Below are positions 35,301 to 46,797 of a DNA stretch of 64,000 nucleotides, piece after piece (position 1 is the stretch's first letter; each line of letters starts with the position of its first letter). Source of the stretch: Mustelus asterias (Eukaryota); assembly GCF_964213995.1 (NCBI RefSeq), contig NC_135823.1, positions 49,538,001 through 49,602,000 on the forward strand, given 5' to 3'. Below the pieces are notes generated by a model. That model searched no databases, was not told the origin of the DNA, and was given only the letters and a program-made list of their open reading frames with translations. A program made the translations under genes and the position numbers.

Positions 35301-38226
35301 CAGAGGGGGCGGGAGACGGAGGGGGCGGGTGGCGGGTGCGCGGGCGGGGGGAGTGGGGGGTGAAGTGGCGGGGGAGTGGGGTGTGAAGTGGCGGGGGGTG
35401 GGGGTTGAAGGGGCGGGGTGGTGGGGGGTGAAGGGGCGGTGGGGTGGGGGGTGAAGGGGCGGGGGGTGGAGGGGTGAAGGGTGTGGGAGGTGAAGGGGCG
35501 GGGGGGTGGGGGGTGAAGGGGCGGGAGGGTGGGGGGTGAAGTGGCGGGGGGTGGGGGGTGAAGGGGCGGGGGGGTGGGGGTGAAGGGGCGGGGGGCTGTG
35601 GGGTGAAGGGGCAGGGGGGTGGGGGGTGAAGGGGCAGGGGGGTGAAGGGGCAGGGGGGTGGGGGGTGAGGGGGCGGGGAGGTGGGGGGGTTAAAAGGGCG
35701 GGGAGGTGGGGGGTGAAGGGGCAGGGGGGTGGTTGGGTGAAGGGGCGGGGGGTGGGGTGGCAAAGGGGCGGGGTGAAGGGGCGGGGGCGGGGGTGAAGGG
35801 GCGGGGAGGGGTGAAGGGGCGGGGAGGGGGGTGAAGGGGCGGAGGGGAGGGGGGTGAAGGGGCGGTGGGGAGAGGGGTGAAGGGGCGGAGGGGAGGGGGG
35901 TGAAGGGGCGGAGGGGAGGGGGGTGAAGGGGCGGGGGGGAGGGGGGTGAAGGGGCGGGGGGGAGGGGGGTGAAGGGGCGGGGGGGAGGGGGGTGAAGGGG
36001 CGGGGGGGAGGGGGGTGAAGGGGCGGGGGGGAGGGGGGTGAAGGGGCGGGGGGGAGGGGGGTGAAGGGGCGGGGGGGAAGGGGGTGAAGGGGCGGGGGGG
36101 AGGGGGGTGAAGGGGCGGGGGGGAGGGGGGTGAAGGGGCGGGGGGGAGGGGGGTGAAGGGGCGGGGGGGAGGGGGGTGAAGGGGCGGGGGGGAGGGGGGT
36201 GAAGGGGCAGGGGGGTGGGGGGGTGAAGGGGCGGTGGGTGGGGCGGTGAAGGGGCGGGGGGGAAGGGGCGGGGGAGGGGGTGAAGGGGCGTGGGGGAGGG
36301 GGGTTAAGGAGGGGGGTGAAGGGGTGGGGGGGAGGGGGGTGAAGGGGCGGGGGGGAGAGGGGTGAAGGGGCGGGGGGGAGGGGGGTGAAGGGGCGGGGGG
36401 GAGGGGGGTGAAGGGGCGGGGGGAGGGGGGGTGAAGGGGCGGGGGGGAGGGGGGTGAAGGGGCGGGGGGAGGGGGGGTGAAGGGGCGGGGGGAGGGGGGG
36501 TGAAGGGGCGGGGGGAGGGGGGGTGAAGGGGCGGGGGGAGGGGGGGTGAAGGGGAGGGTGGAGGGGGGTGAAGGGGAGGGTGGAGGGGGGTGAAGGGGCG
36601 GGGGAGGGGAGGTGAAGGGGCGGGGGGGAGGGGAGGTGAAGGAGCGGGGGGGAGGGGGGTGAAGGGAGGGGGTGAAGGGGCGGGGTGGAGGGGGGTGAAG
36701 GGGGAGGGGGGAGGGGGGGTGAAGGGGCGGGCGGAGGGGGGTGAAGGGGCGGGGGGGAGGGGGGTGAAGGGGCAAGGGGAGGGGGTGAAGTGCGGGGCGA
36801 GTGGGGGTAAAGTGCGGGGCGAGTGGGGGTGAAAGGGCGGGGGAGGCGGCGTGAAGGGGCGGGGGGAGGGGGGGTGAAGGGGCGGGGGGAGGGGGCGTGA
36901 AGGGGCGGGGGAGGGGGCGTGAAGGGGCGGGGGAGGGGGGGTGAAGGGGCGTGGGGGTGAAGGGGCGGGGGGGAGGGGGGTGAAGGGGTGGGGGGAGGGG
37001 GGGGGAGGAGCGGGGGGGAGGGGGGGTGAAGGGGCGGGGGACGGGGGGTGAATGGGTGGGGGGTGAAGGGGCGGGGGAGGGGGGGTGAAGGGGCGGGGGA
37101 GGGGGGGTGAAGGGGCGGGGGAGGGGGGGTGAAGGGGCGGGGGAGGGGGGTGCAGTGGCGGAGGGGGGTGCAGGGGCGGGGGCTGGGGAGCGGGCGGGGG
37201 CTGGGGAGCGGGCGGGTGGGGGCAGGGGAGCGGGCGGGGTAAGGGAGCGGGCGGATGCAGGGGAGCGAGCGGGGGCGGGGGAGCGGGCGGGGGAGCGGGC
37301 GGGGGAGCGGGCGGGGGAGGGGAGCGGGCGGAATCGGGGGAGCGAGCGGGAGGGGGCGGGGAGGGGGTGGGGAGGGGGCGGGGAGGGGCGGGGAGGGGGC
37401 GGGGAGGGGCGGGGAGGGGGCGGGGAGCGAGCGGGAGGGGGTGGGGAGGGGGCGCGGGAGGGGGTGGGGAGGGGGCGCGGGAGGGGGTGGGGAGGGGGCG
37501 CGGGAGGGGGTGGGGAGGGGGTGGGGAGGGGGCGCGGGAGGGGGTGGGGAGGGGGCGCGGGAGGGGGTGGGGAGGGGGCGCGGGAGGGGGCGCGGGCGGG
37601 GGCGCTAGCGGGGGCGCTAGCGGGGGCGGGGGCGCTGGCGGGGGCGGGGGCTGGGGTGGGGGCGCGGGCGGGGGCGGGGGCGCGGGCGGGGGCGCTGGCG
37701 CGGGCGGGGGCGCTGGCGGGGGCGGGGGCGCTGGCGGGGGCGGNNNNNNNNNNNNNNNNNNNNNNNNNNNNNNNNNNNNNNNNNNNNNNNNNNNNNNNNN
37801 NNNNNNNNNNNNNNNNNNNNNNNNNNNNNNNNNNNNNNNNNNNNNNNNNNNNNNNNNNNNNNNNNNNNNNNNNNNNNNNNNNNNNNNNNNNNNNNNNNNN
37901 GCGCCAGGGTGAGTGAAGCTGCTGAGTGTTTGTTCCGGGACCCCCCGCTCCCGAGTTGCAGCAGCTTCTCCGGGGCTGGTTTGTGAGCCGCTCCGCTCGG
38001 AATCTGCCTTTAATCTCTGGGACCTCCCGGCAGATCCCACAGCACATTTCCGCATTGTCAAAGCCAGTGTGAGAGTCACTGTGTCCAAACTGAACAGCAG
38101 CCGCTGCCGCCTGGGCTCAGGGTCAGCCCCGGGTAAACTCACACCCGCCCCACTTACCACAACCCCGGCCACAGCGTGGACAAGAGTCTCATAGGAGGCG
38201 AGGGGGGAGCTGCCAGAGGCCTTCAT
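23180..38226 (-). CDS. SLC25A17: Peroxisomal carrier PMP34 (SLC25A17 or SLC25A17-like), complement(join(23180..23327,23478..23557,23640..23735,23938..24083,26683..26799,27857..28011,29493..29559,31580..31640,38158..38226)), 312 aa
   Basis: Nine GT-AG exons in frame (939 nt). Matches PMP34: [75 protein letters not shown]. Confidence 0.92.
23478..23557 (-). CDS. SLC25A17: SLC25A17 exon 8
   Basis: [26 protein letters not shown]; AG/GT flanks; phase fits exon 9. Confidence 0.85.
23640..23735 (-). CDS. SLC25A17: SLC25A17 exon 7
   Basis: [32 protein letters not shown]. Confidence 0.92.
23938..24083 (-). CDS. SLC25A17: SLC25A17 exon 6
   Basis: [18 protein letters not shown]...[14 protein letters not shown]. 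Confidence 0.92.
25645..25956 (-). mobile_element. HE1-like V-SINE (tail A)
   Basis: Same family consensus. Confidence 0.8.
26683..26799 (-). CDS. SLC25A17: SLC25A17 exon 5
   Basis: [28 protein letters not shown]...YKGIL; 117 nt. Confidence 0.93.
26820..27080 (-). mobile_element. V-SINE (tail B)
   Basis: Same family; its tail ends ~20 nt from the SLC25A17 exon 5 acceptor. Confidence 0.8.
27857..28011 (-). CDS. SLC25A17: SLC25A17 exon 4
   Basis: [29 protein letters not shown]...KDLLMACIA. Confidence 0.93.
28260..29077 (-). mobile_element. Two adjacent HE1-like V-SINEs (28260-28604, 28633-29077; the second has a duplicated head)
   Basis: Family consensus occurs twice. Confidence 0.85.
29493..29559 (-). 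CDS. SLC25A17: SLC25A17 exon 3
   Basis: [23 protein letters not shown]; 67 nt; donor gtgagt. Confidence 0.92.
29783..29810 (+). mobile_element. 28-bp Penelope tail-only insertion
   Basis: tcccagtccaacgccagcatctccacat flanked by the 12-bp direct repeat TATAGTTAGTGA (29771, 29811). Confidence 0.8.
30678..30936 (-). mobile_element. V-SINE (tail B)
   Basis: Family consensus. Confidence 0.8.
31580..31640 (-). CDS. SLC25A17: SLC25A17 exon 2
   Basis: [20 protein letters not shown]; 61 nt; AG/GT flanks. Confidence 0.92.
31733..31935 (-). mobile_element. 5'-truncated HE1-like V-SINE
   Basis: 3' half of the family consensus. Confidence 0.75.
32188..37743. repeat. G-rich compound minisatellite in SLC25A17 intron 1
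   Basis: Successive unit types: G(n)AATG(n)C, G(n)ATTG(n)C, GGAGACGGAGGGGGCGGGAG, GGTGAAGGGGCG(n)AG, GGGGAGCGGGC and GGGGCGCGGGAG. Confidence 0.95.
37744..37900. other. Assembly gap (157 N)
   Basis: N run. Confidence 1.
38158..38226 (-). CDS. SLC25A17: SLC25A17 coding exon 1
   Basis: [23 protein letters not shown], then donor gtaagt. Confidence 0.88.
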
Positions 38227-38295
38227 TGTTCCAGCAAAGCGAAAGGCAGATTGTTCACCAAGTGCCTGAGAGCAGAGACTTCCCCCAGCAGCGGC

Positions 38296-38495
38296 NNNNN
38301 NNNNNNNNNNNNNNNNNNNNNNNNNNNNNNNNNNNNNNNNNNNNNNNNNNNNNNNNNNNNNNNNNNNNNNNNNNNNNNNNNNNNNNNNNNNNNNNNNNNN
38401 NNNNNNNNNNNNNNNNNNNNNNNNNNNNNNNNNNNNNNNNNNNNNNNNNNNNNNNNNNNNNNNNNNNNNNNNNNNNNNNNNNNNNNNNNNNNNNN
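38296..38495. other. Assembly gap (200 N), probably spurious
   Basis: Identical 26-mer on both sides (38270-38295, 38496-38521). Confidence 0.95.
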
Positions 38496-38578
38496 GAGCA
38501 GAGACTTCCCCCAGCAGCGGCTCCTCCCCCCGCACAGCAACGGGGAATACTCAGCAACTCCCCCCGAGCAAAAACCAC

Positions 38579-41500
38579 ACCCCCCCTCCCCCAGTACAGC
38601 CCCCCCCCTCCCCCAGTACAGCCCCCCCTCCCCCAGTACAGCCCCCCTCCCCCAGTACAGCCCCCTCCCCCAGTACAGCCCCCCCTCCCCCAGTACAGCC
38701 CCCCCTCCCCCCAGTACAGCCCCCCCCTCCCCCAGTACAGCCCCCCCCTCCCCCAGTACAGCCCCCCCCTCCCCCAGTACAGCCCCCCCCTCCCCCAGTA
38801 CAGCCCCCCCCTCCCCAGTACAGCCTCCCCCAGTTACAGCCCCCCCTCCCCCAGTACAGCCCCCCCCTCCCCCAGTACAGCCCCCCCCCTCCCCCAGTAC
38901 AGCCCCCCCCTCCCCCAGTACAGCCCCCCTCCCCCAGTACAGCCCCCCCTCCCCAGTACAGCCCCCCCCCTCCCCCAGTACAGCCCCCCCCTCCCCAGTA
39001 CAGCCCCCCCCTCCCCCAGTACAGCCCCCCCCTCCCCAGTACAGCCCCCCCTCCCCCAGTCAGCCCCCTCCCCCAGTACAGCCCCCCCTCTCCCCCAGTA
39101 CAGCCCCCCCCTCCCCCAGTACAGCCCCCCCCTCCCCCAGTACAGCCCCCCCTCCCCCAGTACAGCCCCCCCCCTCCCCCAGTACAGCCCCCCCCTCCCC
39201 CAGTACAGCCCCCCCCTCCCCCAGTACAGCCCCCCCCCTCCCCCAGTACAGCCCCCCCCTCCCCCAGTACAGCCCCCCCCTCCCCAGTACAGCCCCCCCC
39301 CTCCCCCAGTACAGCCCCCCCTCCCCCAGTACAGCCCCCCCCTCCCCCAGTACAGCCCCCCCCCTCCCCCAGTACAGCCCCCCCCTCCCCCAGTACAGCC
39401 CCCCCCCTCCCCCAGTACAGCCCCCCCCCTCCCCCAGTACAGCCCCCCCTCCCACAGTACAGCCCCCCCTCCCCCAGTACAGCCCCCCCCTCCCCCAGTA
39501 CAGCCCCCCCCTCCCCCAGTACAGCCCCCCCCTCCCCCAGTACAGCCCCCCCCTCCCCCAGTACAGCCCCCCCCTCCCCCAGTACAGCCCCCCCCCTCCC
39601 CCAGTACAGCCCCCCCTCCCCCAGTACAGCCCCCCCCTCCCCCAGTACAGCCCCCCCCTCCCCCAGTACAGCCCCCCCCTCCCCCAGTACAGCCCCCCCC
39701 TCCCCCAGTACAGCCCCCCCCTCCCCCAGTACAGCCCCCCCCCTCCCCCAGTACAGCCCCCCCCCTCCCCCAGTACAGCCCCCCCTCCCCCAGTACAGCC
39801 CCCCCCCCTCCCCCAGTACAGCCCCCCCCTCCCCCAGTACAGCCCCCCCCTCCCCCAGTACAGCCCCCCCCTCCCCCAGTACAGCCCCCCCCCTCCCCCA
39901 GTACAGCCCCCCCCCTCCCCCAGTACAGCCCCCCCCCTCCCCCAGTACAGCCCCCCCCCTCCCCCAGTACAGCCCCCCCCTCCCCCAGTACAGCCCCCCC
40001 CCTCCCCCAGTACAGCCCCCCCCTCCCCCAGTACAGCCCCCCCCCTCCCCCAGTACAGCCCCCCCCCTCCCCCAGTACAGCCCCCCCCTCCCCCAGTACA
40101 GCCCCCCCCCTCCCCCAGTACAGCCCCCCCCCTCCCCCCAGTACAGCCCCCCCCCTCCCCCAGTACAGCCCCCCCCCTCCCCCAGTACAGCCCCCCCCCT
40201 CCCCCAGTACAGCCCCCCCCCTCCCCCAGTACAGCCCCCCCCCCTCCCCCAGTACAGCCCCCCCCCTCCCCCAGTACAGCCCCCCCCCTCCCCCAGTACA
40301 GCCCCCCCCTCCCCCAGTACAGCCCCCCCCCTCCCCCAGTACAGCCCCCCCCCTCCCCCAGTACAGCCCCCCCCCTCCCCCAGTACAGCCCCCCCCCCTC
40401 CCCCAGTACAGCCCCCCCCTCCCCCAGTACAGCCCCCCCCCTCCCCCAGTACAGCCCCCCCCCTCCCCCAGTACAGCCCCCCCCCTCCCCCAGTACAGCC
40501 CCCCCCCTCCCCCAGTACAGCCCCCCCCTCCCCCAGTACAGCCCCCCCCCTCCCCCAGTACAGCCCCCCCCTCCCCCAGTACAGCCCCCCCCCTCCCCCA
40601 GTACAGCCCCCCCCCTCCCCCAGTACAGCCCCCCCCTCCCCCAGTACAGCCCCCCCCTCCCCCAGTACAGCCCCCCCCTCCCCCAGTACAGCCCCCCCCT
40701 CCCCCAGTACAGCCCCCCCCCTCCCCCAGTACAGCCCCCCCTCCCCCAGTACAGCCCCCCCTCCCTCCCCCAGTACAGCCCCCCCCTCCCCTCCCCAGTA
40801 CAGCCCCCCCCTCCCCTCCCAGTACAGCCCCCCCCTCCCCTCCCCCAGTACAGCCCCCCCCTCCCTCCCCCAGTACAGGCCCCCCCCTCCCCTCCCCCAG
40901 TACAGCCCCCCCCTCCCCTCCCCCAGTACAGCCCCTCCCCTCCCCCAGTACAGCCCCCCCCTCCCCTCCCCAGTACAGCCCCTCCCCTCCCCCAGTACAG
41001 CCCCCCCCCCTCCCCCAGTACAGCCCCCCCCCCTCCCCCAGTACACCCCCCCTCCCCCAGTACAGCCCCCCCCCTCCCCCAGTACAGCCCCCCCCCCTCC
41101 CCCAGTACAGCCCCCCCCTCCCCCAGTACAGCCCCCCCTCCCCCAGTACAGCCCCCCCCTCCCCCAGTACAGCCCCCCCCTCCCCCAGTACAGCCCCCCC
41201 CCTCCCCCAGTACAGCCCCCCCCCCTCCCCCAGTACAGCCCCCCCCCTCCCCCAGTACAGCCCCCCCCTCCCCCAGTACAGCCCCCCCCTCCCCCAGTAC
41301 AGCCCCCCCCTCCCCCAGTACAGCCCCCCCCCTCCCCCAGTACAGCCCCCCCCCTCCCCCAGTACAGCCCCCCCCCCCTCCCCCAGTACAGCCCCCCCCC
41401 TCCCCCAGTACAGCCCCCCCCTCCCCCAGTACAGCCCCCCCCTCCCCCAGTACAGCCCCCCCCCTCCCCAGTACAGCCCCCCCCTCCCCCAGTACAGCCC

Positions 41501-43740
41501 CCCCCTCCCCCAGTACAGCCCCCCCCTCCCCCAGTACAGCCCCCCCCCTCCCCCAGTACAGCCCCCCCCCCTCCCCCAGTACAGCCCCCCCCTCCCCCAG
41601 TACAGCCCCCCCCTCCCCCAGTACAGCCCCCCCCCTCCCCCAGTACAGCCCCCCCCTCCCCCAGTACAGCCCCCCCCTCCCCCAGTACAGCCCCCCCCCC
41701 TCCCCCAGTACAGCCCCCCCCCTCCCCCAGTACAGCCCCCCCCCTCCCCCAGTACAGCCCCCCCCTCCCCCAGTACAGCCCCCCCCCTCCCCCAGTACAG
41801 CCCCCCCCTCCCCCAGTACAGCCCCCCCCTCCCCCAGTACAGCCCCCCCCTCCCCCAGTACAGCCCCCCCCTCCCCCAGTACAGCCCCCCCCCTCCCCCA
41901 GTACAGCCCCCCCCTCCCCCAGTACAGCCCCCCCCTCCCCCAGTACAGCCCCCCCCCTCCCCAGTACAGCCCCCCCCTCCCCCAGTACACCCCCCCCCTC
42001 CCCCAGTACAGCCCCCCCCCTCCCCAGTACAGCCCCCCCCCTCCCCCAGTACAGCCCCCCCCTCCCCCAGTACAGCCCCCCCCCTCCCCCAGTACAGCCC
42101 CCCCCCTCCCCCAGTACAGCCCCCCCCTCCCCCAGTACAGCCCCCCCCTCCCCCAGTACAGCCCCCCCCCTCCCCCAGTACAGCCCCCCTCCCCCAGTAC
42201 AGCCCCCCCCCTCCCCCAGTACAGCCCCCCCCCCTCCCCCAGTACAGCCCCCCCCCTCCCCCAGTACAGCCCCCCCCCTCCCCCAGTACAGCCCCCCCCC
42301 TCCCCCAGTACAGCCCCCCCCCTCCCCCAGTACAGCCCCCCCCCTCCCCCAGTACAGCCCCCCCCTCCCCCAGTACAGCCCCCCCCCCTCCCCCAGTACA
42401 GCCCCCCCCTCCCCCAGTACAGCCCCCCCTCCCCCAGTACAGCCCCCCGCCTCCCCCAGTACAGCCCCCCCCTCCCCCAGTACAGCCCCCCCCCTCCCCC
42501 AGTACAGCCCCCCCCCTCCCCCAGTACAGCCCCCCCCTCCCCCAGTACAGCCCCCCCCCTCCCCCAGTACAGCCCCCCCCTCCCCCAGTACAGCCCCCCC
42601 CCTCCCCCAGTACAGCCCCCCCCTCCCCCAGTACAGCCCCCCCCCTCCCCCAGTACAGCCCCCCCCTCCCCCAGTACAGCCCCCCCCCTCCCCCAGTACA
42701 GCCCCCCCCCTCCCCCAGTACAGCCCCCCCCCTCCCCCAGTACAGCCCCCCCCCTCCCCCAGTACAGCCCCCCCCCTCCCCCAGTACAGCCCCCCCCCTC
42801 CCCCCAGTACAGCCCCCCTCTCCCTCCCCCAGTACAGCCCCCCTCTCCCTCCCCCAGTACAGCCCCCCTCTCCCTCCCCCAGTACAGCCCCCCTCTCCCT
42901 CCCCCAGTACAGCCCCCCTCTCCCTCCCCCAGTACAGCCCCCCTCTCCCTCCCCCAGTACAGCCCCCTCTCCCTCCCCCAGTACAGCCCCCCTCTCCCCT
43001 CCCCCAGTACAGCCCCCCTCTCCCTCCCCCAGTACAGCCCCCCTCTCCCTCCCCCAGTACAGCCCCCCTCTCCCTCCCCCAGTACAGCCCCCCTCTCCCT
43101 CCCCCAGTACAGCCCCCCTCTCCCTCCCCAGTACAGCCCCCCTCTCCCTCCCCCAGTACAGCCCCCCTCTCCCTCCCCCAGTACAGCCCCCCTCTCCCTC
43201 CCCCAGTACAGCCCCCTCTCCCTCCCCCAGTACAGCCCCCCTCTCCCCTCCCCCAGTACAGCCCCCCTCTCCCTCCCCCAGTACAGCCCCCCTCTCCCTC
43301 CCCCAGTACAGCCCCCCTCTCCCTCCCCCAGTACAGCCCCCCTCTCCCTCCCCCAGTACAGCCCCCCTCTCCCTCCCCCAGTACAGCCCCCCTCTCCCTC
43401 CCCCAGTACAGCCCCCCTCTCCCTCCCCCAGTACAGCCCCCCTCTCCCTCCCCAGTACAGCCCCCCTCTCCCTCCCCAGTACAGCCCCCCTCTCCCTCCC
43501 CCAGTACAGCCCCCCTCTCCCTCCCCCAGTACAGCCCCCTCCCCAGTACAGCCCCCCTCTCCCTCCCCCAGTACAGGCCCCCTCTCCCTCCCCCAGTACA
43601 GGCCCCTCCCCAGTATAGCCCCCTCCCCAGTATAGCCCCCTCCCCCAGTACAGCCCCCCCTCCCCCAGTACAGCCCCCCCTCCCCAGTACACCCCCCCTC
43701 CCCCTCCCCCTCCCCCAGTACAGCCCCCTCCCCCACCCCC
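38579..43740. repeat. C-rich ~20-21 bp minisatellite (CCCCAGTACAGC(n)T), roughly 250 copies
   Basis: Near-invariant AGTACAG core with variable C runs; a CTCTCCCT sub-variant from ~42815. Confidence 0.95.
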
Positions 43741-44174
43741 AGGAACACTCAGCTAAATCTTCACACTCCCCTCTCGCCCATACTCAGCAAAACCCCCACA
43801 CAGCACAGCCCCAGGAACACTGGCGAAAACCTCCACCCCACACCATGGGCAGAGATCCCAACTCAAAACACACCCAGAGTTTCCCAAGAACAACTCATCA
43901 ACCAGCCAGAGGGAGATTATAGATACAGCCACAAGGCAACTCCAGTAAAAAAGTACAGGTGAATGTTCCTCGTGTTATTGTGACAAAACACCAGTGACCA
44001 TGGTAATCATACCAAATACACCCAGATGCTGGACTTTCAATTTCATTATGCAGAGTTAAAGTTTACCTGGTTATATATATTAGTCATACAGCACACAAAA
44101 GGCCATTCAACCCATCAAATCCACACCAATAATATCTACCACGGATGGCACACTAATCCCATTTTCCTGCTTTT

Positions 44175-44451
44175 TTTTATTGTCACAAGTAGGTTTACAT
44201 TAACTAACACGGCAATGAAATTACTGTGAAAATCCCCTAGTCGCCACATTCCGGTGCCTGTTCGGGTATACTGAGGGAGAATTTGGCCAATGCATCTAAC
44301 CAGCACGTCTTTCAGACTGTAGGAGGAAACCCACACAGACATGGGTAGAATGTGCAGACTCTGCACAGACAGTGACCCAAGGGCGGAATCGAACCCGGAT
44401 CCCTGGCACACAGCGGTAGCAGTGCTAACCACTGTGCCACTGTGTCGTCCC
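44175..44451 (-). mobile_element. V-SINE (tail B)
   Basis: Family consensus. Confidence 0.8.
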
Positions 44452-44910
44452 ACTTATCCCATAGCCTTGAATGTTATGATATTTCAAGTGCTCACCCCAA
44501 TATGGTTTAAAGGTTGTAAGGTTTCTGGTTTTCAGTACCTTCCCAGGCAGTGCATTCCAGATTCCTACCACCCTCTGAGTGAAAAAGGTTTTTCTCAAAT
44601 CCCCTCTGAATCTCCTGCTCCTTACCCTAAAACTCTGCCCCCTCACAACTGACCCCACAACCAAGGGGAACAGCTGCTCGCTCCCTGTCCATACCCCTCA
44701 TAATCTTCTACACCTCAATCACCCTTCTCTGCTCTAAAGAAAACAATTCAGGCCTATCTAATCTCTACTTATAGCTCAAATGTTCTATCCCAGGCAACAT
44801 CCTGGTAAATCTCCTCTGTACCTGCTCTATAGAGCTATCACATCCTTCCTACGTTGAGGTGACTAGAACTGCACATAGTACTCTAGCTATGGTCTAACCA
44901 ACGCTCTGTA
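44452..44910 (-). mobile_element. CR1-type LINE 3' fragment
   Basis: Minus-strand RGDLRKTFFTQRVVGIWNALP. Confidence 0.7.
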
Positions 44911-46633
44911 CTTTTTTCGCTTACTAATTAGAAAATTTGATTTGATTTGTTACTGTCACATATATTGGTATACAGTAAAAAGTATTGTTTCTTGCATGCT
45001 ATACAAAGCAGACCGTTCATAGAGTACATAGGGGAGAAGGGTAGGAGAGGGTGTAGAATGTAGTGTTATAGTCATAGCTAGGTGCAGAGAAAGATCAACT
45101 TAATACAACTCAAAAGTCTGATGGCAGCTGGGAAGAAGCTGTTCTTGAACGGTATCAGCCATCAATTCTCTACCTCTGGCTGATAATTGGAAAGCACTTC
45201 AGGGGAGAAAGGGATGTCTTTGTAAATAAAGATTGCGCTTCGGACGCTACTGAAGGTTCGCAGTCACCTGGACTCATCTTCATTTATTTTTAGAAGATGC
45301 AAATGTCGGAATTCTGAAATATCGATGGAAGAAATAGGGGGTAGGAGCAAAGGAAGGCCATTCTGCCCCTCGAAGCTATTCAATGTCACAGACATATGAG
45401 TATCTGTGAGAGAAAATACAAGGGAACGCTCGATCAGGGGGCAGAGACATTAATCTTATTGTTCTCTTTCTGGAAGAGACAAGGGCCAGCCAGGCTGTTA
45501 ACAGCAGCTATCACTGGGAGAGGTCAGTGCGAAGCACCCCCTGGTCCAATTGCCTGACCCTTTCACATCGCCTGGCTGGATCAGCATTCATTTAGCGCCT
45601 TTCACAACCTCAGAACACCACAACCCATTTCACAGCCGGGAAAGTGCTTCTGCAATGTAATCATTGCTGTAATTAGCATCTAATTTGCGCACAGCAAGAT
45701 CCCACAAGTCACGGGACTTGCAAATTGGCTGCTTGTTTCCCACTTCAGTGTTGGCATTCATTAAGTGTACGCGTAGAAAATGTACAAAAAAGGGCTCGGG
45801 GAGGTGCCAAGGACGTGAAAAGTGTTAGATAAATATTTTGTAATGTAGACTGCACTTGCTTTCTGTGTCATGTTGGGAGCTTCTTATATTGTGCAGCCAT
45901 TGAGTGTTTTTTCTAGTTAGGAACAGGGTCTTCCTGTTAAATGACTGAATCACTCTTTAATGGTTCGGTGACCACCTTCCCCTCCCCCCGGGTTGCAAGC
46001 ATCTCCTTCCGAACAGAAGAATATAATTATGAATACATTATGCTTCTCAACCGGAATAATTCACCGCAATGCAAGAACATCAAATGGGGAAAGAATTTCC
46101 AGTCTTGACATCAGCCTATAATTCAAAGGTCGGCTGTTTATAATGTTATTGCTCTTTAAGGTCGTTCTGGGGTTTTTTTTGCTCTACGAATAAGGCAAAC
46201 TAAAACTACATTAAAACCTGCTGAGGATTTAGTTATAAATATTGGAAAGGATCGATTAAAAATAACGAGAATGTTGCATTGGAAAACGATGCAAAAGCAA
46301 ATGAGAGCTTCCCCCCCCCCCCCCTCTATGAGCAGACAGCTGAGATGCAAACACACACTTGTTTGTTTCAGTTTAAAAGGACAAATTGTTTTTTCTTTTT
46401 GCAAAATGCACCTTTTGCCAAACAAAACAAAATGTGCCGAAGAAACGTGGGGGGATGGAAGGGGAAATAACACCTGAGCTCAGTTTGCCAGCTGGGCTAC
46501 CTTAACTCGCAGTTTCTGGCGAGTGGACTTTTGTCCTGAATGTCCCACCCTGGGCGGTGCCCCCGCTACATCCTCGGGTCCTCTCATTCACCGGCTGCAC
46601 TGGGAGCTCCGAGCAGCCCTGAGGATTTGAACC

Positions 46634-46797
46634 ATGACTGACAGGTACCACAAGGCAGCCAGGGATGGCTACCTGGGTCCCCTTAAGGAGGCCACCAGGA
46701 GAGACCTCAACAATCCGGATGAGGATGGGATGACCCCGACCCTTTGGGCGGCGTATCACGGGCATCTGGAGGGCCTTCAGCTCATCTGTAGTAGAGG
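46634..46797 (+). CDS. ANKS4B: ANKS4B exon 1
   Basis: [55 protein letters not shown]; 164 nt; donor gtgagt. Confidence 0.9.

Noticed and set aside
32128-43922. Giant Gly-rich and Pro-rich (extensin/formin-like) ORFs of up to 1898 aa
   Set aside because: They are open in several frames on both strands because the minisatellite units lack stop codons; some run through N gaps, and several lie in an intron.
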